A stretch of DNA of 64,000 nucleotides, taken from Azolla caroliniana (taxonomy: Eukaryota > Plantae > Polypodiophyta). The notes beneath the pieces were generated by a model, which did no database searches, was not told where the DNA came from, and saw only the letters and a program-made list of their open reading frames with translations. Below, one piece after another: positions 27,901 through 40,240 of this stretch. A program made the translations under genes and the position numbers. How positions within the stretch are numbered: position 1 is the stretch's first letter; the number at the start of each line of letters is the position of its first letter. The stretch is taken from the NCBI GenBank assembly GCA_043228905.1, contig JBHGNT010000008.1:17174001-17238000 (forward strand), read 5' to 3'.

Positions 27901-30900
27901 TGGGGACTACGGTTTCTATGTCTTCCGCGTTCCGATTCGGTAAGGAGCGCTTTGGAGTCGGAGCTCATATCTTTATCTTTCTGACGCGCCTCCTCATCTA
28001 GCAAGCTCGACTTTACTCTTGCTAGGGATAACCGCTTTCCTTCCAGCCCGGCGTTGCCCAAGGTGACAACCAACGTCTCCCAGCTATCCGGGAGGGAACC
28101 GAGCAGGAGTAGCGCTAGTACCTCATCGGCGAGAGGTACTTCCAATGAAGTTGCCTGGTGTATCAGCCCCTGGAAGGCATTCATGTGCTCCGCCATGCTG
28201 GAGCCATCTTGGTACCGGAATCTTACTAGCTTTCGGAATACTGAAACCTGATTAACAACATTTTTGTTTTGAAACATAATGTCGATCTTCTCCCAGAGCT
28301 CATGAGCCTTGCTCTCTTCATTGAAGTTGTTGTATAGGCTCATGTCGATGAAGCACCGTATGTACGTCGTTGTCTTCATGTGCATCACCTCCCATATTGT
28401 GGCGTCAATCTTGTCCGGTCTCTTATTCCCGAACTGAACCGGTAACCAAGGATCTTTAACCATGAGCATGTCCCTCATCTTCGACTTCCACACTGAATAG
28501 TTGGAGCCGGTGAGCTTGAACATGCTGCCAAACGATTTGTCCATTTTCTGTGTCGTTTCGCTCTGATACCACTTGACGGAAACTACACGCTGCCTATAGG
28601 CAGCGCTCGGCCACAACCGAGCTTAGAATCATACACAAAACGGGAAATAAAAGCACGACACGAAGAAGAGAAGAGTACACAGGATGTTTACGTGGAAAAC
28701 CCAAAGAGGGAAAAACCACGGCAGCCCACAGGCTGCAAACTATCACTATGTTAGAATGTACAACAGTGAGTTCATGGAGGCAACGACCTCGTGCTCACGA
28801 TCTTCACCACAGGCGGCGGTTACAACAGAGGCAACAACCTCTTCCTCTCTCTCTCTCTCTCTCTGTACACGGTTACACACTCTGATCTCGCACAGACAAC
28901 AATAACGACAACAACAACAACTACAAATCTAAAAGTTTGCCCTAAGTCATATTTATACTAATATGACTTTTCGGATATTTACAAATATAGCCCTAATGGA
29001 CTCTCAGAAACATATTTACGAATATGTCTCTTCATCCGGTGAGTACTCCTCATCGGGTCTGCACCATCCGGCTCTCCGTAGCCGGGTACTCCTCATCCTG
29101 TTCCTACTGGGTCTACACCATCCGTCTCTCCGTAGCAGGGTGCTCCTCATCCGGTTCTCACCGGGTCTGCACCATCCGGCTCTCCGTAGCCGGGTGCTCC
29201 TCATCCGGTTTCGGCCTTGGCCAAGTTTGTTCATTAGCGCTATTCTTCTCCCTTCCCATCCGGAGGGACCTGTCTCCCAATAGTTCTCACTGGGCCTTTA
29301 TCATCCCATCCGGAGGGACCGAAATCCTCACAAACTCCCCCTTCACTCCGGCATGGGATGTCTCGTTAGTCCAATTTGCTTCTGGCATGCGTCCAGCTTG
29401 TCGGGCGTCAACACCTTGGTCAACATATTTGACTCATTCTCCTCCGTGTGGATCTTTGTCAGCATGAACTCGTGATCTTCCACTCGCTCCCGTATCTAGT
29501 GGTACCTTCGCTAGATGTGCTTCATCCTGGAATGATACGCTGCATTCTTCGCAAGGTGGATGGCACTTTGATTGTCGCAATAGAGTCGTTATTCCTCTTG
29601 CATGATCCCTACCTCTTCGACGAAGTCCTTCATCCATAGTATTTCCTTGCTGGCTTCCACAACCTCCATGTACTCCGCCTCTGTGGTTGACAACGCAACT
29701 GTCTTCTACAGCCTCGACTGCCACGAAACAGCTCCCCCTACATATGTCATAACATATCTCAATGTTGACCGGCTGGTATCCGCATCAGCCGACATATCCG
29801 AATCGGTGAAACTGTCAAGTTGGGGTTTACCAGAGCCGAATCGGAGACACATACTTGAGGTGCCTTTCAAGTACCGGAGTATCCATTTTACTACATTCCA
29901 GTGCTCCTTGCCGGGATTGCTCATAAACCGGCTCACCATTCCGACTGTGTATCCGATATCAGGTCGGGTACACACCATTGCGTACATCAAGCTCCCGACA
30001 GCAGAGGCATATGGTATCTTCATCATATCTGCCTTGTCTACCTTCATCTTTGGGCTTTGCTTATCGGATAACCTACAATTTGCCGGGAGTGACGATCCGA
30101 CCGGTTTCGCATTTGACATGTTGAATTGCTGAAGCACCTTTGTCACGTACTTCTCTTGTGACAACCACAATTGCTTCTTTGACCGGTCCCGGATGATATG
30201 CATCCCTAGTACTTGTCTTGCCAGACCCAAGTCTTTCATTGAGAAGGTCCGGTTCAGGGCCTTCTTCAGCATCCGAATCTTCGCTTGGTCTTGTCCAACA
30301 ATCAACATGTCGTCCACATATAGGAGCAATATCAGGAAGTCTCCTCCGTCAAAATTCTTCACAAATACGCAGTGATCAGCCTGCGTCTTTTGGTACCCTT
30401 GATCGGTCATGAAGGAGTCAAACTTCCGGTACCATTGCCGGGAAGCTTGCTTCAGTCCGTATAAGCTCTTCTTCAGCCGGCAAACCAGGTGCTCCTTCCC
30501 TTTCTTCACAAATCCTTCCGGTTGCTGCATGTAGATCTCTTCTTCGAGGTCGCCGTGAAGGAACGTCGTCTTCACGTCTAGTTGCTCTACCTCGAGGTCC
30601 ATGCTTGCCGCTATACTCACCACCGTCCGGATGGAAGTCATCTTCACTACCGAGCCAAATATCTCGTTGAAGTCCACTCCCTTCTTTTGCTGGAACCCCT
30701 TCACCTCGATCTTGGCCTTGTACCTTGGAGGGTTGCCGGCATCTCCTGGTTTCAACTTGTACACCCACATATTCCGGAGTGCCCGCTTTCCTTTCGGCAA
30801 CTCCACTAGTTCATACGTGTGGTTCCCATGCAAGGAATCCATCTCGTCCTGCATGGCACTCAACCACTTTCAGTTGTGGATGTCAGGCTTTGCCTCTTCG

Positions 30901-33722
30901 AAGCTTTCCGGCTCCCCCTCATCGGTTAGCAACACGCGCTCTACATCCGGAAATCTCTGGGGGGCCCTTCTCTCTCTGAGAGGATATCTGTGTCCTTGGC
31001 TTTCGGCAACCGGCTCCACTGTTTGTTCTTCATCCGAATCTGATTCGGGGTCTTGGCCGGTTCCGGTTTCCGCTTCTTCTTCTTTTTCGGTCGGTTCGGT
31101 TTCCTCTTCGTAATCGGCCGGTTCTTCGAGTATCAACCGACTCTTAGCCGGGTAGGTCTGTATCTCATTAAACCGATCGTTACCGGTCGACTCGGAGTTC
31201 ATTAACTTCTTCCCCGACTGCCAGTCGGCAAGGGTCTTGTCCTCCATGAAGTTAATATTTCGACTTCGGAAAACCTTCTTGTCGACCGGATCCCACACTC
31301 GGTAACCGAACTAATCATCACCGTATTTGAGGAATATGCAAGACCGGGACTTTGGATCCAACTTTGCTCTCCGGTCCTTTGCGACATGCACGTAAGCGAG
31401 ACACCCGAACACCTTTAGATGCTGGTAAGACACTGCCTTACCGGTCCACACTCTCTGCGGCATGTCTCTGTCCAAGGGCACCGAGGGTGATCTGTTTATC
31501 GTACGTCGCTATCGCCAACGTCTCATCCCAAAACTTCCTAGGTAACATTGCATATGCTAGCATACTCTGGACCCTCTCCATTATGGTCTAGTTCATCATC
31601 TCGGCCAGCCCATTTAGTTCCGACGTCTTCGGCATGATAAATTTGAGCTGGATTCCCTTCGAGCAGCAATACTCCTCAAACTGCCCTCGGAATTCGCATC
31701 CGTGATCTGCTCGAACCGCCTTCAGCTTCCAGCCGGTTTATCTTTCCACTCTTGCGTGGAGCTCCTTGAAGACGTATAACACTTGATCCTTCGTCTTCAA
31801 CGGTGTGGCCCACAGCTTCCGGCTGTGGTCGTCTATGAACGTCACGAAGTATTGTCATCTAGCATGTGACATCTTGTCCACTTGACACACATCAGTATGA
31901 ACCAGCTCCAGTGGTGCATTCCGTCTCATCGGTGGTCTTGAGCAGAAGGAGGTTCGGTTTTGCTTACCGGCCAGGCAATCGGTGCACCTCTCAAGATGCA
32001 CATCCTTCACCGGAATGAGGTTGTCATTGGCAAACCTCCTCATTCCCTTCTCGCTCATGTGACACAGTCTCTTGTGCCACAACTCACCGGCAGTGTCAGA
32101 TGCCACGTTCAGTCCTTCCCGACATATCCGAGCATTCATCGAGTGTGTTGACCTTCCGGGCTCGAGCCACCATTAAGCTCCCTTTGCAGAACTTCATGAC
32201 ACCATTCCAGATGCTACCTGTGTAGCCTTCATCATCTAGCCGACCGGCTGATATCAGGTTCAGTAGAACCTTCGGAACGTGTCAGACATCCTTCAACAAC
32301 AACTTGGATCTGGTTGGTATCGTCAACATCACATCTCCTATGTCGATAATTTGGCATGTCGCTTCATTCCCCATCCGGACAGCCGTGCTCACCGGCTGTG
32401 TAGGATGAGAAGCATTTCCGGTCCGGTGTAAGGTGGAACGACGCTCCGGAATCGACAACCCAAGTTGTCTTGTCACCGACAAGGTTCAACTCACTCTCCT
32501 GGGTGATGAGCATCAACTCTTCTTCACTTTCCACGATTGCCGTCGTTCCCTTCCAGTCCGGTCCCCTCTGGTCTTTACCATTCCGGTTCGGTGACCGCTT
32601 TGAATCGGTATTGTCGGTTTCCTCGTCTTTCCGGAAATGCTGTCAGTTCTCTTGGAAGTGTCCCGGCTTGCCGCAATAGAAGCAAGTAGGCCTCCCCTTT
32701 GAGTTTGTCTGTGTCCTGACTTTTCCCGGTTCTGGGGACTACGGTTCGTTTGCCTTTTGCGTTCCGATTCGGTAAGGAGCGCTTTGGAGTCGGAGATCGT
32801 ATCCTTGTCTTTCCGATGCGCCTCCTCATCTAGCAAGCTCGACTTAACCCTTGCTAGGGATAATTGTTTTCCTTACTCTCTTCATTGAAGTTGTTGTACA
32901 GGCTCATGTCGATGAAGCACCAGATGTATGCTATCGTCTTCATATGCATCACCTCCCACACCATGGCGTCGATCTTTTCCGGTCTCTTGTCCCCGAACTG
33001 AACCGGCAACAAAAGATCTTTCACCATGAGCATGTCCCTCATCTTCGACTTCCACACTGAGTGGTTGGAGCCAGTGAGCTTTAACATGCGACTGAACGAT
33101 TCTTCCATTTTTTGTGTTATTTCGCTCTGATACCAGATTGACGTGAAATATGCGTGTGCGGAATATATCTCGGCCACAACCGAGACTTCAATCACCTCGT
33201 GAGAATCACAACCATAGAAGAAATGGGCAATGAAGGTAAATGCACCTACACACAAACAATATGAGAGAGAGTACACAGTATGTATACGTGGAAAACCCTA
33301 AATGGGAAAAACCACGAGAGTCCACAAACTCCAACTATCACTATGTAAGGAGAATACAGAGGCAACGGCCTCTTGCTCTAAATCTTTGCCTGACGGTAGT
33401 TACCACAGAGAGACACTCTGCATCGCTCTCTTTGTACAACAGTTACACCAATAACTCTATACAACGATAGTGACCTCAATACACAATCATACTAAAGTGT
33501 TTGCCCTAGGTCATATTTATACTAATATGACTTTAGGACTATTTACAAATATAGCCCCAATGGGCTCTCAGAAACATATTTACATATATGTCCCTCCATC
33601 CGGTGAGAGGTTCTCACCGGGCCTGCATTATCCGGTTCTCACCGGGTCTTCCTTGCCGGGTATTATCATCCAATTCTCACCGGGCCTTTATCATCCCATC
33701 CGGAGGGACCGAAATACGAACA
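24922..33722 (-). mobile_element. Element C: Ty1/copia inserted in the integrase of A
   Basis: LTRs 24922-25497 plus 29283-29332 (split by O) and 33139-33722; TSD CGAAC/AGAAC; iMet PBS (GCTCTGATACCA at 33124-33135); RT ORF 29706-30863; internal gag deletion near 32875. Confidence 0.92.
25498..29282 (-). mobile_element. Element O: Ty1/copia deletion derivative (gag-PR-IN, no RT) inside the 3' LTR of C
   Basis: LTRs 25498-26262 and 28574-29282; TSD ATTCT/GTTCT; iMet PBS at 28560-28571; ORFs 27573-28616 and 26424-27539. The IN tail is fused to the last RH codons at ~26350. Confidence 0.92.
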
Positions 33723-36700
33723 AGAACGTGAGTCTCAGTGGAAGCCATTACTTTGTAACCTCATCGACAACTTCACTTGACACACGTGCGTATGCACAAT
33801 TGCGAAGAAGAGCGAAGTCTTCGCATGTTTCCTGAAGGTGAAGAGCCTTGCGGAAAGGGAAACAAGGCATAAGACCAAATGGCTACGGTTCGATGGCGGG
33901 AAGGAGTACTTCTCCGACCAAATGACAAGTTGTCTACAGAAGGAGGCAATTCGACGTGAATTCTCATGTAGATACTGAGCGGAAGAATCGGACGATTGAA
34001 GAAGCGGCCAGGGCAATGCTTGAAGAGAAGCATATGCCGAAATTCTATTGGGTTGAAGCCGTGTAGACGACTGTTTACCTGGAGAATCAAACTTCTGCTA
34101 ATGGAGGAGTGTCGCCACATGATCTGTATTTTGGGAAGAAGCCGAAGTTGGCATACTTGAGGATTTTCGGCAGCATCACATATGTGCATGTGCCGAATGA
34201 GAAAAGGAGGAAACTGGATGTTAAAGCTGAGAAATGTATCTTGGTCGGCTATTCAGATGAGTAGAAAGGGTATAAGTGTTATTACCCTCAAACAAAGGAA
34301 GTACGTGTAAGCCGCGACGTCGTGTTCGGCGAGTCCGATTCGTGGTACTTGCCTTCACCTCCAGTACCTCAAGACTCCTTTTCGAATTCTGAGGAAGAAG
34401 TCAACGAGGCTGAGATGCCTCTACAGGATGAGGAAATCGGAGCTCTGAGAGAGAGTCCAATCTCATTTCGGCTTAGTGGGCTGAGTGAGGGGTTGGGCCA
34501 AAATGGCCAACCTATTGAAGAGACGGCGAGCAGTGGAGACTCAGTCGTGATGTCCCCACGTAATAAACCAAGGAGATGGTTTACGTGCAAGGGCAAGAAG
34601 AAAATGCTGGAATACGACTTCGGCAGTGCCAAGTCAGATCGGAGCGAGTCTGACTACGGGCAAACTGAAAAGGAACCTCCATGGAAGAGGTCGAAAGTAG
34701 CCGAAAAGGTCGTGATATCGGGTAATCACGAATTACACTGATCTACCCACCTGAAGAACCCTATAAAGAGATACAGGTATAATGAGTTCATGGCGCAACA
34801 TTACGCGTACATGACGCGAGTGGCGGAAGTGCGTGAGCTAGAGAGCTACGCAGAAGCGGCGAAAGACGCGAACTGGCGTGTCGTAATGGAGGAAGAGATG
34901 CGCGCATTATCGGAGAATGAAACCTAGGACCTAGTTGACGCACCAAAGGGTGTAAAGCCAATCGGATGCAGATGGGTGTATAAAGTGAAATACAACACTG
35001 ATGGCTCTGTCAACCGCTACAAGGCCCGTTTAGTAGCGAAAGGCTACACGCAGAAGCACGGCGTGGACTATGATGAGACCTTTGTGCCTGTCGCGAAGAT
35101 TACTACCATGCGAGTCCTACTAGTTGTAGCAATGACAAAGGGGTGGCTACATATAAAGAACGTGTTCCTGCAAGGTGATCTCGAGGAGCAGGTGTACATG
35201 GTACAACCCCCCGGATTTCTATCTGAACAAAACACCTCGGCAGTTTGCCGATTAAAGAAGTCCGTATACGGACTAAAGCAAGCCCCGTGAGCTTGGAATG
35301 CAAAGATTACGCAATAGTTGCGTAGGATGGGGTTTGCGCCGTCAAAATCAGACTGTTCTCTATTTGTTCGGCAAGGTCAATATGGACCAGTCAACCTGCT
35401 TTTGTACGTTGATGATTTAGTCATCGTCGGTGCCGACCTTGACGAAATCCGCTGCGTGAAGTCTCAACTTGCGGCATCATTTGAAATGAAGGATCTCATA
35501 GACCTTCATTACTTCCTCGGGATCAAAGTGATCCGTACCCCTGAAGGCATATTGATTAGCCAACGTCACTACGCGCTGAATATGCTCTTCAAGTTCGGGA
35601 TGGAAAACTGTAAGCCCCTCTCAACCCCTCTGGATAGAAACGCAAAGCTTTGCCGAGATTCAAGGAAGGCGTGCGACCCGACACAGTTCCGACATATTGT
35701 GAGAAGCCTTATCTATCTGACAATTACTCGGTTGGATCGTAGTTATCCAATCGGCCTAATCAGTCAATTCATGTCGCAGCCTACGGCCGAACACTTTCAT
35801 TGCGCGCAATGGATATTGCGTTATATCAGCGGCACGAAAGACATGGCGTTGTTTTATCAGCGAGGCGTAGCCGAACAGATGCCAATTGGGCCGGAAACAC
35901 CCACGATCGTAGATCCACATCCGGATACGCATTCTCTCTAGGAAGTGCGGTGATTGCATGGAGCAGTAAGAAGCAGCCGATGGTAGCATTGTCGAGCACG
36001 GATGCCGAGTATCGAGGGGCGACTATCGCTACATGCGAAGTCATCTAGCTAAAACGACTATTACGAGATCTGCATGTAGAGGTGTCTGATCCGACGACAA
36101 TCTTTTGTGATAGCCTCAACAGTATCCACCTTGCGAAAAACCTCGTGTTTCACATCCGGACCAAGCACATTGAGGTGCATTACCATTTTGTCCACGAGCG
36201 GGTCCTTTTAGGAGAAGTCGAACTAACGTATGTTCTGACAGTTCGGCAGGTTGCTGACATCTTCACCAAGCCTCTTGGTCTCGACAAGTTGCAGCATTTC
36301 TCAGGTGAGCTAGGATTGCGTCACCTTGACCCGCCGAACTTGAGGGGGAGAAAGGAAGAATAAGAACAAGAGTGTGAAAGGAGCGGGGGTGTTCATCACG
36401 ACGGAAATGATCGTGATGAGGAATCGGATCGAAGCACGCGGAAATCAACGGGTCGAGGAGCGCGAGCGAGGCGTGAAGCCAGAAGGAACTGGAGCGTAGA
36501 TCTGGAAGAGCGGACGGAACCTCAAGTTGAGCTTGAGGGGGAGTGTTGAGTGACAAGCTCAACGTTGGTGCGTAACACGGTGTGTAACCTAGTGCGTAGA
36601 CTGGGTGCGTAAAACATTACGCATAACGTAAGTCGTAACAGTGCGAACACTGCGAGGCCGTTAGGAAGATATTCCTCGAAAGGAATAATTTTGGGAGTGA

Positions 36701-37926
36701 TTGTAGCGGCTCATTTATGAGCGTCAAGTACTGTCAGTACTTGTATCAGCCCGATTTGTTAGGGCTTGTATAAAAGGTGCTCACTGAGCAAGGTGTATGT
36801 ACACAGAGAGTCACTATATTGAATTAGAGTTTTCTGTTCTCTGCTCTCTCTCGCTCTGTCTCTCCCTCTCCATCTCCATCTCTGCGTTTTTTGTATTTTA
36901 TCGAACTGTCTTATTCCTCCGAACTCTGTCCTCTGTGTTTTGCATACGCTTCCACACACGCTATTCTTTTACAATACTGACGCGGAGGCCAAGCAGGCCA
37001 CTACGCAGAGGACATCGGGTATATGGTGTAGAAAGGGGCATGCATACGATCGGTCGAGGGCCACGGGATGAGCATGCGTACGAGAGAAGATCACGGCAAA
37101 TGACCTATCACCAGGTCGATTGAGCCTACGGAGAGGCGAGTGCGAGAATGGAACCGGAGCCGACGGTTCGAACTGGCGGAGGCCAACACGATAGCCGGGA
37201 TGCGGATTACATAAGACCAATTGCTCACTACGGCCATAATCTCTCACCCTTCTTCAGATTTGGCACGTACCGGTGGACGAGCAATTTGGTGGGGTGGATG
37301 TCGTGAAGATTCACGACCATAGTGAGAAAACCGAGCCTATTGGGAATATCAGCAGGGTGCGACCTAAGCACTCACCCTTGTATACCCGTGTAAGATACTA
37401 GGGTGCCTTTATGGCGCCAATAGGAGTTAAGTTGGAACAGAGAATCCGGGATGTAATAAGGGATTTATCCCACATTGTAATGTCCCTCCCTCCTTGGGCT
37501 ATAAAAGGAAGGGAGGGTCCCTTGTAAAAGGGTTGCCTATTTTGAGTGAGAGAGGTATACCACTTAGGTCGAGGGTTTCTATTTCGGTTTTAGGGTTTCG
37601 TCTAGGGTTTTACTATTCTTCTTCTTCTTCATACCAATTCATGCTTAGGGTTTCATTTAGGGTTTCTTCTTCATCATCTTCTTTACTTTACTTATCCGGT
37701 TAGGGTTCCATATTGTGTTTTCGTTCGGTCTATGCGGCCATGGTTGTAAAGCGTTTGGTGTTTCATAATATAACTCGTTTGTGTATCTTGCCTCCATCCA
37801 TTCTATGTTTATGTCCTATTCCTTCTCTTCTCCTCTTGAGCTAAGCTTCCATTTCCCCTCTACTTTCTAGTCCAAAACCCCCACGGTCCTGCTTAAGATC
37901 TTACACATACTCACGGAATACGGTGA

Positions 37927-38516
37927 TGTCGCAAAAATACGACGAGGATACGTGAACTTGAGGCAGGACCCTGGGGCCTCTGGCCAGAGGATATCAAATT
38001 TGTGCATTTATATTTTTAACAATTAACGGAAATAAGAAATTTAATAATTTTCATTAGCAAAGGAAAAGAAATTACAATATGTCCCAAGATTTGGATTCAG
38101 AAGTTTTAGGTTTACTGAGATTAATAGAAAAGAAAATTTAGGGGTTCTGAGAGATATGGCTTTCGTAGGGAAAATTAGGGTTTTTGAGTCTTATGGCTTC
38201 CTTAGGGAAAATTAGAATTAAGTTATACGAGAGATAGCTTCCGTAAGGAAATTAGGGTTTTTGTGAGAGATAGCTTCCGTAAGGAAATTAGGGTTTTTGT
38301 GAGAGATAGCTTCCGTAAGGAAATTAGGGTTTTTGTGAGACATAGCTTCCGTAAGGAAATTGGGGTTTTTGTGAGAGATAGCTTCCGTAAGGAAATTGGG
38401 GTTTTTGTGAGAGATAGCTTCCGTAAGGAAATTAGGGTTTACGTCAGAGATAGCTTCCGTAAGGAAATTAGGGTTTACGTCAGAGATAGCTTTCGTAAGG
38501 AAATTAGGGTTTACGT
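37927..38516 (+). mobile_element. LTR H' (visible part), same family as solo LTR H in the opposite orientation
   Basis: TGTCGCAAAAATACGACGAGGATACG... aligns with the reverse complement of 45640-45965. It is interrupted by F/G; the remainder is presumably beyond the window. Confidence 0.85.
38140..38516. repeat. 36-bp minisatellite (8 near-perfect plus 2-3 diverged copies)
   Basis: Unit GAGAGATAGCTTCCGTAAGGAAATTAGGGTTTTTGT; near-perfect array at 38229-38516. Confidence 0.95.
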
Positions 38517-40078
38517 TGTCGCGTTGTTACGCGCGTGCGTGGAGAAAGGCGGGACCACGGGGGTCTTGGACTAGAGAGCGATGGAGCGTAGGAAGTCGTG
38601 CTTCATTGTTTTTGGGGCATCCCAGAAACACACCGGAAGCAACCGAAGGGAGAGAGAGAGAGATTAACACCGACTCGCACACGCACACACACACACACAC
38701 ACTCGCACGCACGCACAACCCAACCCGACCCACGCCTTATGTACAAAAAACGTGGGAGAGGGTAAGCACCCGACGCCAACAACGACGCGAATATACACAG
38801 ACAAACGTATATATATATATATATGTATATATAAGAAGAATACATTCCCGGCTTCAAGCCGGGCTGAGGTAGGTTACAGTAGTCGTCAGCTACCAAGCCG
38901 CCATCGGGGAGCTCACGGGCTCGTCGCGCCGAGCGGGGTCTTGCACAGGAGATAAGCAGTAGCAAACCCTAAGCGAACACGAAGGAGAAGAAGAAGAAGA
39001 AACTAACTCTAAACCTAACGGTATACCCTCTAATGCAAAATGGGCAACCCTTTCACAAAGGGCGTTCCCTTCCCGAACAAGGAAAGGGATGCGTTACAAT
39101 GTGGGACAAATCCCGACTTACATGGGATCGTCTGCCCCGACCTGACTACTCTTCGGCGCCATAAAGGCGCCCTCGATATTCACACCAAATGTACATGGGT
39201 GCGTACACATGCTGCACCCCGCCGATGTAGACAATGTTTCCCGGTTTCCACCTCTGGCCGAAATTCTTCACGACATCCGCCCCCACTTAACTGCACGTCC
39301 ACCGGTACGTGCCAAATCCGGTTGAAGGGTGAGAGATTTCGGCCGGTGAGAAACCGGTCTTCCGTGATCCGCATCCCGGCTCGCTGCCGGTTCGACCCGT
39401 CGGCTTCGAGTCTTCCTTCGCGCTCGCCTCCTCGTAGGCTCGTTCGACCCGTCGATCGGTCCTCTACCGCGATCTCCGTAGTACGCATACTTCCGTTGTC
39501 GTGCCTTTCGGCTCCGGATCGTTGCGTGAGTCGGGTGGGAACCGCCGAGGTTTTGGACTAGGAGGAAGAAAAATATGAGATGAGGCTAGTAATGAATAGA
39601 TTATTAGAAAGAGAGATAGAAATTTCGTGAATCCCACGAGTGTATTGTATTCGATTAATCAATATTTAGATAAGAATATGTATTTAGATTGAAAGAAAGA
39701 TATAAGAAACTTGTGAATCCCACAATTATATTAATCGGTTGGTGTTTTCGGAAATATATCCAATTTCCAAATATTTCACACGCCTATTACATTGTGCTCC
39801 CCATCCTTATGTAGTGATGGGAGAGACTAAGCATAGCTACATGCTTTTTTTCTAATATGTTCATGCACACTAAATGTGCATGTGATGCTTTTCTAATCCT
39901 TGCTTTTATTTGCTAAATATAGTGCTCATGCACGCTAGATGTGCATGAGTCACTTTTTAGTTGCTTGCGTTTTTCTATAAAATATTCACGCACTCTAAAA
40001 ATGCACGATTTACCTTTTAATAAAGGTAGGTGCAAATAAAGCACTTATAGTTATTAAATCTATTTGTAGAACACTAAA

Positions 40079-40175
40079 GATAAGGTAGCATAATGGTAAA
40101 GTTGAGGTTTGGCTACGTGGAGGTACAGGGTTTGAATCTTGCCCTATGCACGTGATAAATATCTTGATATTTTTA
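40079..40175 (+). promoter_or_regulatory. tRNA-like A-box/B-box cassette in the LTR of E (also 42733-42829 and 13893-13990)
   Basis: TAGCATAATGG (40086-40096), 32-nt spacer, GGTTTGAATCT (40129-40139), T-run at 40170. The B box is imperfect. Confidence 0.5.
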
Positions 40176-40240
40176 TTTTATTTATTGGTGATAAATATCT
40201 TGATATTCTTATTTTATTTATTTATATGTAATTAAATCGG

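Larger units (their letters stand above)
9911..36973 (+). mobile_element. Element A: Ty1/copia, decayed, split by B and C
   Basis: LTRs 9911-10330 and 36544-36973 (TG..CA); TSD ATACT; PBS TGGTACTAGAGC at 10331; PPT TGAGGGGGAG. Gag/PR 10455-11943 (WYVDSGASNHM), IN pieces 24793-24921 and 33723-34330, RT/RH 34800-36360 (LLLYVDDL, TKHIEVHYHFV). Confidence 0.95.
9250..37926 (+). mobile_element. Element J: 5'-truncated F-family LTR element (internal 9250-9910 and 36974-37298, 3' LTR from 37299), host of copia A
   Basis: Internal sequence is homologous to the reverse complement of F (GGATCCTTCACACC..CTAGAGACTTCGGCAGTC..GTAAGACCAAGA). PPT GGTGGGGTGGA is followed by TGTCGTGAAGA at 37299. The LTR is interrupted at 37927. 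Confidence 0.7.

Noticed and set aside
38229-38516. 36-bp repeats as a CRISPR array, or as a 12-aa repeat protein (ORF 38263-38574)
   Set aside because: The units are head-to-tail with no unique spacers, no cas genes are present and the context is a eukaryotic LTR. The ORF is a by-product of a stop-free 36-mer.
40079-40150. Functional tRNA gene
   Set aside because: No convincing anticodon arm, a weak T-stem and a non-canonical B box. Kept only as a tRNA-like cassette.
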